DNA of 64,000 bases from assembly GCA_964270895.1 (NCBI GenBank), contig OZ185446.1. One strand, written 5' to 3'. The position numbers were made by a program, and so were the translations under genes. The notes beneath the pieces were generated by a model. The model made no database searches, was not told where the DNA came from, and saw nothing but the letters and a program-made list of their open reading frames with translations. This DNA comes from Podarcis filfolensis. Taxonomy: Eukaryota. Shown one piece after another: positions 48,601 through 59,450 of the stretch. Within the stretch, counting starts at the first letter, position 1. Every line of letters begins with the position of its first letter.

Positions 48601-49089
48601 TAAAAGCAAAACCAGCCAAAGGAGTCTGTGAACCAGAGCTGCAGAAACATTGGCAAATGGTCCCCTCTAGCTCAAATCAACTTCTCTGTGGCTATATTTA
48701 ACCTGCAGGGAAAAAATATATGGGTGAAGATACTGCAGCACTTTTGAAGCTTATTTTAGAGGTAACTGAGCACCAGCTGAGCCTATTCTGAATGAACCCT
48801 AACCCACACTTGTTGAGCTTGATGTATGAGTAGGGACAGGCCTGTTGCCCAGGGATGGGTGAACTGTTCAGAAGGTGCAGCATTGCTAACTAGTGATCCG
48901 GACAGAGTCTCTCCTGCCTTCAATCAATGCTACACCCTTCACAAGCAAAGGCAAAGGGTTTCATTTTGTTTCTTTCTGCTTGTGAAGGGTCTATGTGCGT
49001 GCAAAGTTTTCTGCACATGCACAGATGCTTGCTTTTTGCTTCAGCAGCTGCCTAGGGAGGTAGGATGTGGAAGCTGGTTTTTAACCCCA

Positions 49090-49265
49090 AAGAAGAAGAA
49101 GAAGAAGAAGAAGAAGAAGAAGAAGAAGAAGAAGAAGGAGAGTTTGGACTTGATATCCCACCTTTCACTCCCCTTAAGGAGTCTCAAAGCAGCTAACAAT
49201 CTCCTTTTCCTTTCCTCCCCCACAACAAACACTCTGTGAGGTGAGTGAGGCTGAGAGACTTCAGA
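49090..49265 (-). mobile_element. Squamate SINE 3' part (Squam3-like) with (TTC)n tail seen as (AAG)n at 49090-49137
   Basis: gagtttggacttgatatcccacc...cccacaacaaacactctgtgaggtgagtgaggctgagagacttcaga, resuming as agtatgacttgc after the MITE at 49268-49963. Confidence 0.65.
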
Positions 49266-49267
49266 TA

Positions 49268-49963
49268 CAGTGGTGCCCCGCAAGACGAATGCCTCGCAAG
49301 ACGAAAAACTCGCTAGACGAAAGGGTTTTCCGTTTTTCGAGCTGCTTCGCAAGACGAATTTCCCTATGGGCTTGCTTCGCAAGACGAAAACGTCTTGCAA
49401 GTTTGTTTCCTTTTTTCTTAAAACCGTTAATACTGTACAGTTGCGACTTGACTTCGAGGAGCAACTCATAGCAAGCGGTGTGGTAGCCTTTTTTGAGGTT
49501 TTTGAAGACTTTGGTGATTTTTGAAGCTTTTCCAAAACTTCTTTTGCAGCCATTTGGTAAGTTAAACTTTTAAAACTTTTTTTGGGGTTTTTGGATTTTG
49601 GGTGGGGGTGTTTGGAATTCAAGGACTTGGTGTTGGGGAGGGGTTTGCAAGAATCTTGAAGCTTGTGTGGTTTTTTCCTGCATTTTTATGATTTTCTGTG
49701 ACCATTGGGCCACTCTGCTGTTTTTTTAAAAAAAATCTGGGTTTGAATTTTGAAATGCTCTTTACAGTATGTGTGACTTTAAAGAGCACTTAATAAACTC
49801 TTGTTGTACCAAATTTGGCTTTGTTTGGACTTTTTTTGACCATAGGAACGCATTAATTGAATTTCAATTCATTCCTATGGGATTTTGTGCTTCGCAAGAC
49901 GAAAAATTCGCTAGACGAAAAAACTCGCGGAATGAATTAATTTCGTCTTGCGAGGCACCACTG
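49268..49963. mobile_element. Tigger/pogo-like non-autonomous DNA transposon (696 bp)
   Basis: TA TSD, TIRs cagtggtgccccgcaagacgaa / ttcgtcttgcgaggcaccactg, repeated subterminal cgcaagacgaa motifs. Confidence 0.9.
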
Positions 49964-50365
49964 TAAGTATGACTTGCTTTTTTCTTTGCTTGTGAAGTGG
50001 TTGTGTGTCTAGTGAATGATTCAGCAGGGAGGGCTAAGACAGGGTGGAAGGTGAGCTTTCACTTTCAGCAAAGGAAGCAGCCTTATACAGAGTCAGATCA
50101 ATAGTCCACCTTGCAATGGCTCTTCAAAGTTTCCGAGTTTGGAGATGCTGGGGACCTTCTTCATGCTTAGCAGATACTCTACCCCTGAGCTTCAGCCTGT
50201 TCCATCATTTGATCGTGACTCGATACTTGTGGCATTTCAAGCCACCATCTTTTGAATACGTCACTTGACTTCACTTTGGAAACAATTTTGTTGGAGAACT
50301 ATATGAAATATTGCAGAGAAAAATTCTGAGAATGGATTTTAAGTTATGGACTATTAAAAGCAATA

Positions 50366-50591
50366 CAGTGGTACCTCGGGTTAAGTACTTAATTTGTTCC
50401 AGAGGTCTGTTCTTAACCTGAAACCGTTCTTAACCTGAAGCACCACTTTAGCTAATGGGGCCTCCTGCTGCTGCTGCACTGCCGGAGCACAATTTCTGTT
50501 CTCATCCTGAAGCAAAGTTCTTAACCCGAGGTACTATTTCTGGTTTAGCAGAGTCTGTAACCTGAAGAGTATGTAACCCGAGGTACCACTG
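50366..50591. mobile_element. Tc1/mariner-type MITE
   Basis: TA TSD, TIRs cagtggtacctcgggtta / taacccgaggtaccactg. Confidence 0.92.
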
Positions 50592-51888
50592 TAGTGAAAA
50601 TAATGAAATGCAAGGCTAAGTGATGAAGGTTGAAAATCATTAGATGTGGTTGATGGAAGTCCTAGGCTTATAGCCACAATGTTGTATAAGATGAGAGGAG
50701 ATGTTATGTTCTGTTTGGAAAATATATATACAAATTAATAATAATATATTAAAAAAAAAAGAAACAAGTTTGTCACCTGTTGAGTGTTACCTCTGGTTTT
50801 TTAAAAAATAAACCAAAATCTAAACACGAATACCTTTACAAAATATTGTGGTTCAGATATGACCCACAATTTAATCAGATAATGACTTATTTGTATGGTA
50901 ATGTTTTATAAATATCATTCCTTGTGGTTTCTTGACTTTTTTTTAACGACTTGGTGCTCCAGTCACCTGCTTTTGCTGAGCCCCTGAGAGGCTTATCACC
51001 ATCAATATGCCATTCGGACTTCCTCTGAGATGCTACAGAAGTTCCTTTCAGGAGGTGTTTGTTCTGCTAGTAGCAATATTCTGCTGTGGCGCTTTACTTG
51101 TAGTGACATCTGCTGTCTGTTCATTGCATTGCAAGATTTTTTTGATATGTAACCAATCCCCAACTCTACTATTCCTTTGTAAAACACCAACCAGAGATAG
51201 CCAGCAGTATTTATTGCTAATAATTTTTGTGCTGCACTTAAAATTCAAGCTTGTTCATACTGCTGGTAAAATCAAAGAGGTTGTGTTTGTGAGAAAAGAC
51301 TAAAATAAAAGAAAGGTAAGAAAAGTACATGTATTATGGGTAGGGTTTCATATTATATGTAATAGATTAAGCTTTATTATAAGATTTATAGTAATTAAAA
51401 TTTTAGCGGCTACTCTGTGATATATACATTACTTTTTTTTATCCCTAACTGATTTTGCACTGCAAACACCAAAGAGGTGATTCTATGAAGTATGAAAAAA
51501 GTAGAGAAATAATGTGTTGGCTATTCTACAGTGTTCATGAGAAGAATAAAAATTAATAATTTACTTTAGAAGAGCATGTACATAGGCATTGCTCTACTAG
51601 TGTATAAAGTACTGAAAATTTGATAGGAAAATCTTTTAAAGGTCACATTTCACCATGGATTGGCCCATTAAATAGCTTCCTTACCAATGATATTTCCTAT
51701 TACTCATTCTGTCTAGGGTTACCATTGTAAGAATTCAGAAAGATGAGGTTAAGACTAGCCATATTGAATTTGTATGCTGCAGTTCATTCGAAGATCACTG
51801 GGAAGTTCACATCATAAAATTACAGAATTAAAAAACAAAACAAAACACACAAGCAAACCAATAACCCGTCTCCCACAAGCACATTTAA

Positions 51889-52219
51889 AGGTAAAGGGAC
51901 CCCTGACCATTAGGTCCAGTCGTGGCTGACTCTGGGGTTGCGGTGCTCATCTCACTTTATTGGCTGAGGGAGCCGGCGTACAGCTTCCGGGTCATGTAGC
52001 TCTGGCGAACCAGAGCAGCGCACAGAAATGCCATTTACCTTCCCGCCAGAGCGATACCTATTTATCTACTTGCACTTTGACGTGCTTTCGAACTGCTAGG
52101 TTGGCAGGAGCAGGAACCGAGCAACGGGAGCTCACCCTGTCACGGGGATTCGAACCGCCGACCTTCTGATCTGCAAGTCCTAGGCTCTGTGGTTTAACCC
52201 ACAGTGCCACTTGCGTCCC
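51889..52219 (-). mobile_element. Sauria SINE with small internal deletion
   Basis: Near-full body and TSD caagcacatttaaa / caagcgcatttaaa. Confidence 0.92.
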
Positions 52220-52309
52220 TCAAGCGCATTTAAAAGGCATAAATTGTCCATAAACAGGCCTTTAGCTGATTAAACAAATGTTTTTGCTTGACACCTAAAG
52301 GTATGTAAC

Positions 52310-52600
52310 AAAGGCACCAGGTGCCATCACCTTTCTAGGGAGAGCATTCAAAAAATGGAGCCACTGCAGAAAAGGCCACCTTCTAAAACTCTAATGGAGG
52401 GAACACATGAAGAAGGACTTCTGATGACAACTGCACGGTCCTGGTTGGTTCATATGGGGAGTGGTGGTTTTTGAGATATTGTGGTCCTAAACTGTTAAAT
52501 GTTTTATAGGTCAAAACCCGCACTTTTAATTGGGTCCAGAAACAACAAACTGGCAGCCAAGTGCAATTAGGCCAGGATTGGTGCAGGACTGGTGCTTTGG
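52310..52600 (-). mobile_element. Decayed L2 ORF2 C-terminal fragment
   Basis: LPVCCFWTQLKVRVLTYKTFNSLGPQYLK corresponds to LPVRFRAQFKVLVLTFKALNGLGPVYLK of the intact L2. Confidence 0.8.
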
Positions 52601-54007
52601 ACACCCCTTGAGATCGATCTGCTGTAACAGCAGAGTCAAGATTCCAGTGGTTGCAAGCGATTTTGTCCTCAATGTTCTTTGCAAACGAGTCACAGTGAGC
52701 TACCATCAGTTCTGCCACCTCCTTTGGGACAGACTGTAAGAGGCTCCACAATACCTGTAAAAGTTCTCCTGGACAGCACAGTGAGGATGCAATGGAGGCA
52801 GAAAAGTATATCTTTTTTTTGCTGCCTTCACTGCCACTAGGTAGGTTTGATTATGAGCCCTCACTAGTGTTCGATTGCATTTGACTGGAGTTTTTCCCCA
52901 CCACTTGTGTTCAAGGAGAAAGAAAGCAGCCTATGGTTACATTCTTGTAAAAAGAGATAATAAAAGAAGATTCCAGCTTTTCCACCACATCAGAAGTATG
53001 GTAATAAGATTGTACTTTATAGTCTAGAATATACTGTATCACATTTCCTTGCTATTCAGTCACCATGCAAGAGAATTCTTCATCTGGAATGATGGAAGCT
53101 AGCATTGTAAGAGCTTTTGAAGCTGTATCTGCAATGTTCATGCCTTTCAAAACAGAGAATTACTGCATTAGTACCTATCTAGACTGTGTTGACGCAGGTC
53201 AATCAGCCACTCCAGTTCCTTTGGGGGGAAATGAAGCTATATTGAGCAATGCCTTGTTTTGATTTTGCTACTTGGTTTGTTCTGGTGCAGACAGAGGCTG
53301 GGGTGATATGCTAGTCAGGTGGGGAAAGTCATCTAGCTGTGCCCTGAGTTCTCAGTTACCTCCAATAGCTTCCTTTTGCTCTTTTAACTCACCAGTGCAA
53401 GAGAGAGAGACACCTGTTCAGTGTTGATTTTATAGTACAGCCAATGTGCAGTGGCATCTCATTTCGTTGTAGGGAGATCCAGGTGTCCGTGTAGTTTTGT
53501 GCCTTTGCTCCGCATTCAAACGCCAGTATCTTGGAAGTGGGGGATATACTTTTCTCCAGGTGAACATGCCAGATAGTGACTGTTGTGTTGTGCAAGTGTT
53601 GGGGCAACTGCTGGGAGTACCTTTGACATTGCTAGTAAGCAGCCTCCCATGTTTGCGTTGTGGAGTAACTCTTAAATTCTCTGGCAGACATCCTTTTCTG
53701 TGCCACTTAAATTTGGGACGGCGCCTGTGCCCCTTTAAAACAAAAATGGAAACAGACACAGTTGGAATCCTCTCCCTTGTAACAAGGCAAAGGTGTTATT
53801 AATGAAAGCTAGTATCAAGTCAGACCACTGGTCCATCTAATTCAGTGTTGTCTATATGGACTACCAGTGGTTCTTTGGATTTCCATTAGGGGTCCTCTCC
53901 AAGCCTTACCAGAAGATGCTGAGGATTGAATCAGGGGTTTTCTTTGTGCAGAGCAGTTGCTCTCCTACAGTGTGATGATCCTTCATTATTAATTAACTAT
54001 TATGTAG

Positions 54008-54621
54008 GAGCCACAGGTGAGAGCTGTAAGCATGTGACAGCAGCCACATCCCGGGAATGCCTTTGACTGGCCTGCTAAACCAGGTGAGGGTAGCCGATGG
54101 GTCTCAAACCCTGAGTTAGGGACTTCTCCTGCATGTGAAGACAGGCTCTACCAGTGGAGCAGATGGGACAAGTACTTGGTTCAGTGGTCAAGAAGGCGGT
54201 GTCTTCATGTGCTGTAGAAGGAAGTGAGGGGCAGATGGGGCTCTTCTACCTGGGAAGGAAGCCCATCTAGGAGAAGGAAAAACTCTGATCCTAAAACCTC
54301 CACTGTGGAATCATCTTCAGGAGAAGAGAAGTCTAAGGAGTAAACTCTACACAAATCTGGAGTAGAGTCCCTAAGATGTTTGGATGGTGCCTTGTACACC
54401 TTCTTCCAGCAACTCCTGCAGCCAAGCTGGTGCCAAATGTATTGCTCTGCTCAGCGAGGCTGAGATGGGGGTGGGTCTTGTCATCTGGGCAGTCCAGGAC
54501 CTCCTTACACACTGACCAGGCTTGCACATCATGGAAGGTTGCTTTGGGGCTGCTAACACAGTGGTTTGACTTCAGCCCCGGAGGCACAGTCCATTGTCTT
54601 TTGAGGCAGCCGGATGGCAAC
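54008..54621 (+). mobile_element. Non-coding RTE-like non-autonomous retroposon
   Basis: Flanked by ATTATGTAG (53999-54007 and 54622-54630). Ends tccattgtcttttgaggcagccggatggcaac, resembling recalled RTE-clade 3' termini. No RT coding remnant seen. Confidence 0.55.
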
Positions 54622-55846
54622 ATTATGTAGTATTAACTCTGTACAAGAGTTGAAAATGCATGTCCTGCTCCCAGTTTACAATCTAAAGAATTACTTCCAA
54701 ATTAAAAAAAGAAAAAAGAAGAATGCTCAGCAGCATGGAAGCTAACGTGACCTCAGCATTTAACTGCAACGTATTAGGAATTCTGGCAGTGAGGTTCAGA
54801 CATCTCATTCACTGTGCCATTGGACCAGAAGATGGAGCCATTAGCTTGTTATCCAGTGGTTCAACATCACCACTGCAGCTGGTCAGAAAGAGGTACTACA
54901 GTTTGCTAACCCATCAGATGTCAGGTGACACCATGGACCAATGGAAATTGAACTCTGGACAAGCTCCCCAGTCTGCTATCAGATTAGTTGTCACCAGTGT
55001 AGTTCTAGTCAGTGTATTTATACACTACAAATACATTTCTGCTCACAAGAGATTCACAGAAAACAAAGCAGTCTACAACAACCGAATATAATCGTAACAT
55101 AAACTATCTCTGGGGAATAACACGAAGCATTCGAGAATGAACGATTCCTTTAAAATACACCCCCCAAAAATAAGCACAAAGCTTACCTGTAGAAGATCCA
55201 TTAACAATATTCTATAACTTCACATTTTATGCTTAGATTCAGCATTTCAGAAAGCCCCCACACTGTTCTTTTGGCAGTGGATCCTTATGGAGGCTCCTTT
55301 TCCTGTTACAGGGCTGATATATTATATAGACAATCAGATGGCATATGGAACTGTATTCCACATATGCAGCAATGGAACTTTCACCGGGTCTCGTCACAGA
55401 TACTATAGGTGAAAGGAAAGATGCCTGGCCAGAAATACATAACAACTGTGAAATAAGACCTCTCTCCCCCCCCCCCGCCCACCACATAAAAAATGTCTGC
55501 ACCCACTCACACTCCTATGCGGACAATATAGCTGCAGCCTTCAGAACATGCAGCCATCAGGTTTGAAGTAGGATGGCTGTCATCTATTAATGCCTGACAT
55601 AGGCTGCAGAAATGGAAAGAGCACCATACCTGGTTAAAATGCTGCTTGCTGCTCAAGGCTTGCATACCGTGCCAGCCTGATTTGGCTCAAGCACATGATT
55701 TGTAAGGGAAGACAGCTGTATTTATTTTAGAAAAGAATTCTAATGTACCAACACAAAGTAGAAGTATCTTTTCTGAACAGTTAATCAGAGTGAAACACAT
55801 TCTAGTTTCTGTTCTGCTGGTGCCGTGTCAGGAGTTCAGGAGTTTA

Positions 55847-56080
55847 CAGTGGTACCTCGGGATAAGAACTTAATTCGTTCCAGAGGTTCGTTCTTAACCT
55901 GAAACTGTTCTTAACCTGAGGTACCACTTTAGCTAATGGGGCCTCCCGCTGCCACCGCCACGTGATTTCCGTTCTCATCCTGAGGTAAAGTTAACAACTC
56001 GAGGTGCTACTTCTGGGTTAGCGGAGTCTGTAACATGAAGTGTCTATAACCTGAGGTGTCTGTAACCTGAGGTACCACTG
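55847..56080. mobile_element. Tc1/mariner-type MITE (family of 50366-50591)
   Basis: TA TSD, TIRs cagtggtacctc / gaggtaccactg. Confidence 0.92.
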
Positions 56081-56088
56081 TATAGATG

Positions 56089-56090
<2 letters not shown>

Positions 56091-56122
<32 letters not shown>
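56091..56122. repeat. (GT)n microsatellite
   Basis: Perfect TG run. Confidence 0.95.
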
Positions 56123-56123
<1 letters not shown>

Positions 56124-57000
56124 TAGAAATGGTTTCAAGGACTTTGATTCTGTTGAAAGATTTGAACGCTACCCATGACTGTGACAATTATGTATACTGT
56201 TGTCTCTGTTGTTATTATTCCTTCTACCATATATGCCAATTTTTGTCTCATAGACCTCCACAGTGCTGAACAACATATTAAGACAAAATATACAACAGAG
56301 CGCCATAAAGTGCTGTAAATCAATCAGCATCAGAGCAAAGCAATTATAAAGCAGCAAAATCACAATACAGGAGTGCCAAAAACACAGCCTCCCCCCCCCA
56401 TTCCGAAGACATTTTTGTCACTCCTAAGATTCAAGCTTAACCTATTTTGATAATTGGCATGCATAATAATTGGGCTGCTTATAGCATTTACATGGATGTA
56501 AGTTAGTTTTTAAAATCCCATCAGTACTGGCAAAACATGACACTTACTGTCACCCCATGACAAGTAAATATGCACCTAAAAAGCATGTTCGTTAACACAG
56601 TCTATTTTCTCAGGCAGCATTTGTGCAAGCAGAAACTCAGAAGGCATTTTTTTCTGCTACCCATTCGTTTGCAGTGTTTCAGTGACCTGGGCTAGCATGT
56701 GTATATAGACCTGCGCAATATAACAGGAGGCTTCTTGCCCCCCCCCCACTGTGTTCTAACTTAACATTACTTTTTATCAATAGAGCATACCTTCCCCAGA
56801 TCTCCTGGTGCGTAGGAATTGGCTTGGGCAATCAACTATTTCCTGTTTCTCTAGTCAACAACTAATTTTCAGTAATGTATTTCAACTGATTATTATCCCC
56901 AAAGGACCAGCTACCTTGTCTCTGCCCACAAACTCCCTCCTTCCTTCCTAGGTCAAGGGATGGTTAGCCCCATAAACAGCACCAGAGGCTTCAGGGACTT

Positions 57001-57242
57001 CAGCTGTACCTCTGGTTATGAATTTAATTCGTTACGGAGGTCCGTTCTTAACCTGAAACTATTCTTAACCTGAGGTACCACTTTAGCTAATGGAGCCTCC
57101 CACTGTCTCTGCACCGCCGCCACACTATTTCTGTTCTCATCCTGAGGTAAAGTTCTTAACCCGAGGTACTACTTCCGGGTGAGCAGAGTCGGTAACATGA
57201 AGTGTTTGTAACCTGAGGTGTTTGTAACCCGAGGTACCACTG
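57001..57242. mobile_element. Tc1/mariner-type MITE (family of 50366-50591)
   Basis: cagctgtacctc (mutated left TIR) and gaggtaccactg plus TA. Body colinear with the other copies. Confidence 0.88.
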
Positions 57243-58698
57243 TATATCCCTGTTTCCCTCTATCCATGTTTCTTCAAAGGAGCAAACAAGGGAGGTGCTT
57301 TTTAATTTTACTTTATTTATTTATTTAATTTGTTCGGCGCCTTATCTGGCCCAGTTTACAGCCAGCCAGCCAACAGTCAACCCCACAACACACAGAGATA
57401 CATGAAAACCAAGAGGAAAAATAAATACATTAAAAACATCCTGCCCACTTCAAACAGGACACTGATAGTTAAGGGCCAAAGGCATGGTTATAGGGGACAG
57501 TTTTTATCTAGCACCAAAAGATATTCCTAGAGAGGTTTGGCTGGCACCTTCGTTATACACCTTTAGGCCTCAGGCAAAATGTACTTCTTCAGCCAGGCCA
57601 TGGCTGATTAACATCTTATACCCCTTTTTAATGTGTTGGGTGTGTGTGTGTTACTGTTTCTTTCCCCCTTGTCTTTATCATGTATCTTGTGCTTTTATAT
57701 TGCAATTTTATGTGCAGTGCCCTGAGATCTGCAGATGAAAGGCGATATACAAAGTTAATAAATAATAACAAATAATAAATGAAATAAAGATATATAATGA
57801 GGGCACCAGGCAATAAGGACATAGTATATTTTGTCAAGGTTACGCTTGCTGTTCCTGAAGATGCCTGGCATTGTTTCTCAGCTGTATCTGAACGTGCCTG
57901 ATAGGCTTAGGGCTCGTGCCAAATTTCCATCTTATTTTAATAAAATGTTTGATATGAGCCAATGTCCCCAGTCCTTTTGGTAGACTGGTGCCCACTTCAA
58001 AGGCTGCCTCTCCAACTGGTGCTAATTGGCTTCATTGCTGGCAGCCTCAGAACACAGAAGGGGGCATGGAGATTGAATTACACCTGCACTTTTTTGTATA
58101 CATCTGCTGTGTTTGTAAAGTTGTTGTTTCTTGGTCATTATAAAGCAAATTCATGGTGGTGGAAATATGAAGACTATGAAATGGAGTTTTGGAGAAAATA
58201 AAAATTAGGACTATATCTATACCGAGGCAATATACAAAAGGATCTTATTCTGTGGTGGCTATTATTATATTATGTACGCAATGTCATAATGGCTCAAGAT
58301 TCAGCTTCAGGTTTGTGATTTCATGGCACCTGAACCCGCTATTTTTTACCAGTGCACTGAGAGATTTGAAACAGGCTCAACAAACCTGGCTGAGGAGCAA
58401 TTTGGGATCTGGTATAAATGGACATCTTGCTCAAGGAAACCTCTCTCTACCACAAGTCAGGCAATCATTCTATCACCATCAAGAGTCAAGTGACACAGGA
58501 CAGGCACATGCTCTAGTCCTCGAATGCAGTAGCTCCAACTTCTACTCTCTCAAGACTCATGCTCATCGGTTGCACTTCTACATAGTTATAAAACCTTATC
58601 TCCATGTTTCCAGCTGTCCTATTTAATGATGTAGGAAAAGGCTGCCATAGGCTGGTCAGCAGTTGTTGTACCCTTTCTGTCACTTGCATTTATTTGCG

Positions 58699-59450
58699 TG
58701 GCGATACCCGCCCCCTCCCACAGATGGAGTAAATAAAGACACCGGACACCAGAATTAAGGTTAATGGGCGAAAATGGCCACAACTTTATTGATTACAGGT
58801 AAGAGAGGTATTGGCTTTTAGGCATTGGCCCTAACAGACTATCCGGTCTAACCGGGAAGGGTTAAGCACCAACAGGGGGAGCCCCCGAGATGCACATCCC
58901 TGGGCGCTCCCCAAGGGGTTACCGCTCGGGAGCGCGCTTTAGGCCCTAGCCTCCGTAGGTTTCAGACGAGGCGACACCCCCCGGAGTCCTTTAACGAACT
59001 ACCCATCAAGATTTGGGGGAGGTGATGGCGTTCCTCCCCCCCCGACTTCATTTGCATAACAATACCCCTGCCAATGCCTAACCGCCAAAACCAGGAGTTG
59101 TGACGTTTTGCTACGAGGTAGGCGAAAAAACCAAGTGGCTTCAAAATTCTGCCAATTAGCCAAATGGAAAAACTACCAGGCCCCTTGCGGCGACCAGCCG
59201 AAGCCCATAGCAAAGTCCGAATGCAAACCTAGAGGGCGGGTGGGTGGGAAACCGCAGCTGCTGTAAGAAAGAAAAGGGGCGAGGCAGGGCTGCCCTGACC
59301 TTAAGTGCACCCGGTAAGCCCGCCCCCAGCGCCAGCCGATTGGCTGGCGATGAGGGTGATGAATATTGATGAGCTAGGGAATCCCTGAGTCCCGCGGGGC
59401 TGACGCCAGCCCCGCGAGATTGTAGTTGGGGGCGTGAGCCCGCAACCCCA
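58699..59450 (-). mobile_element. GC/CpG-rich solo-LTR-like element (boundaries approximate)
   Basis: Abrupt GC/CpG-rich block. Minus-strand CCAAT (about 59338), GC-boxes, CTTAAG TATA-like site (about 59300), AATAAA (58785-58790). No TSD resolved. Confidence 0.5.

Noticed and set aside
48826-49622. Poly-Lys and poly-Phe ORFs
   Set aside because: Translation of the (AAG)n SINE tail and a Tigger-like element.
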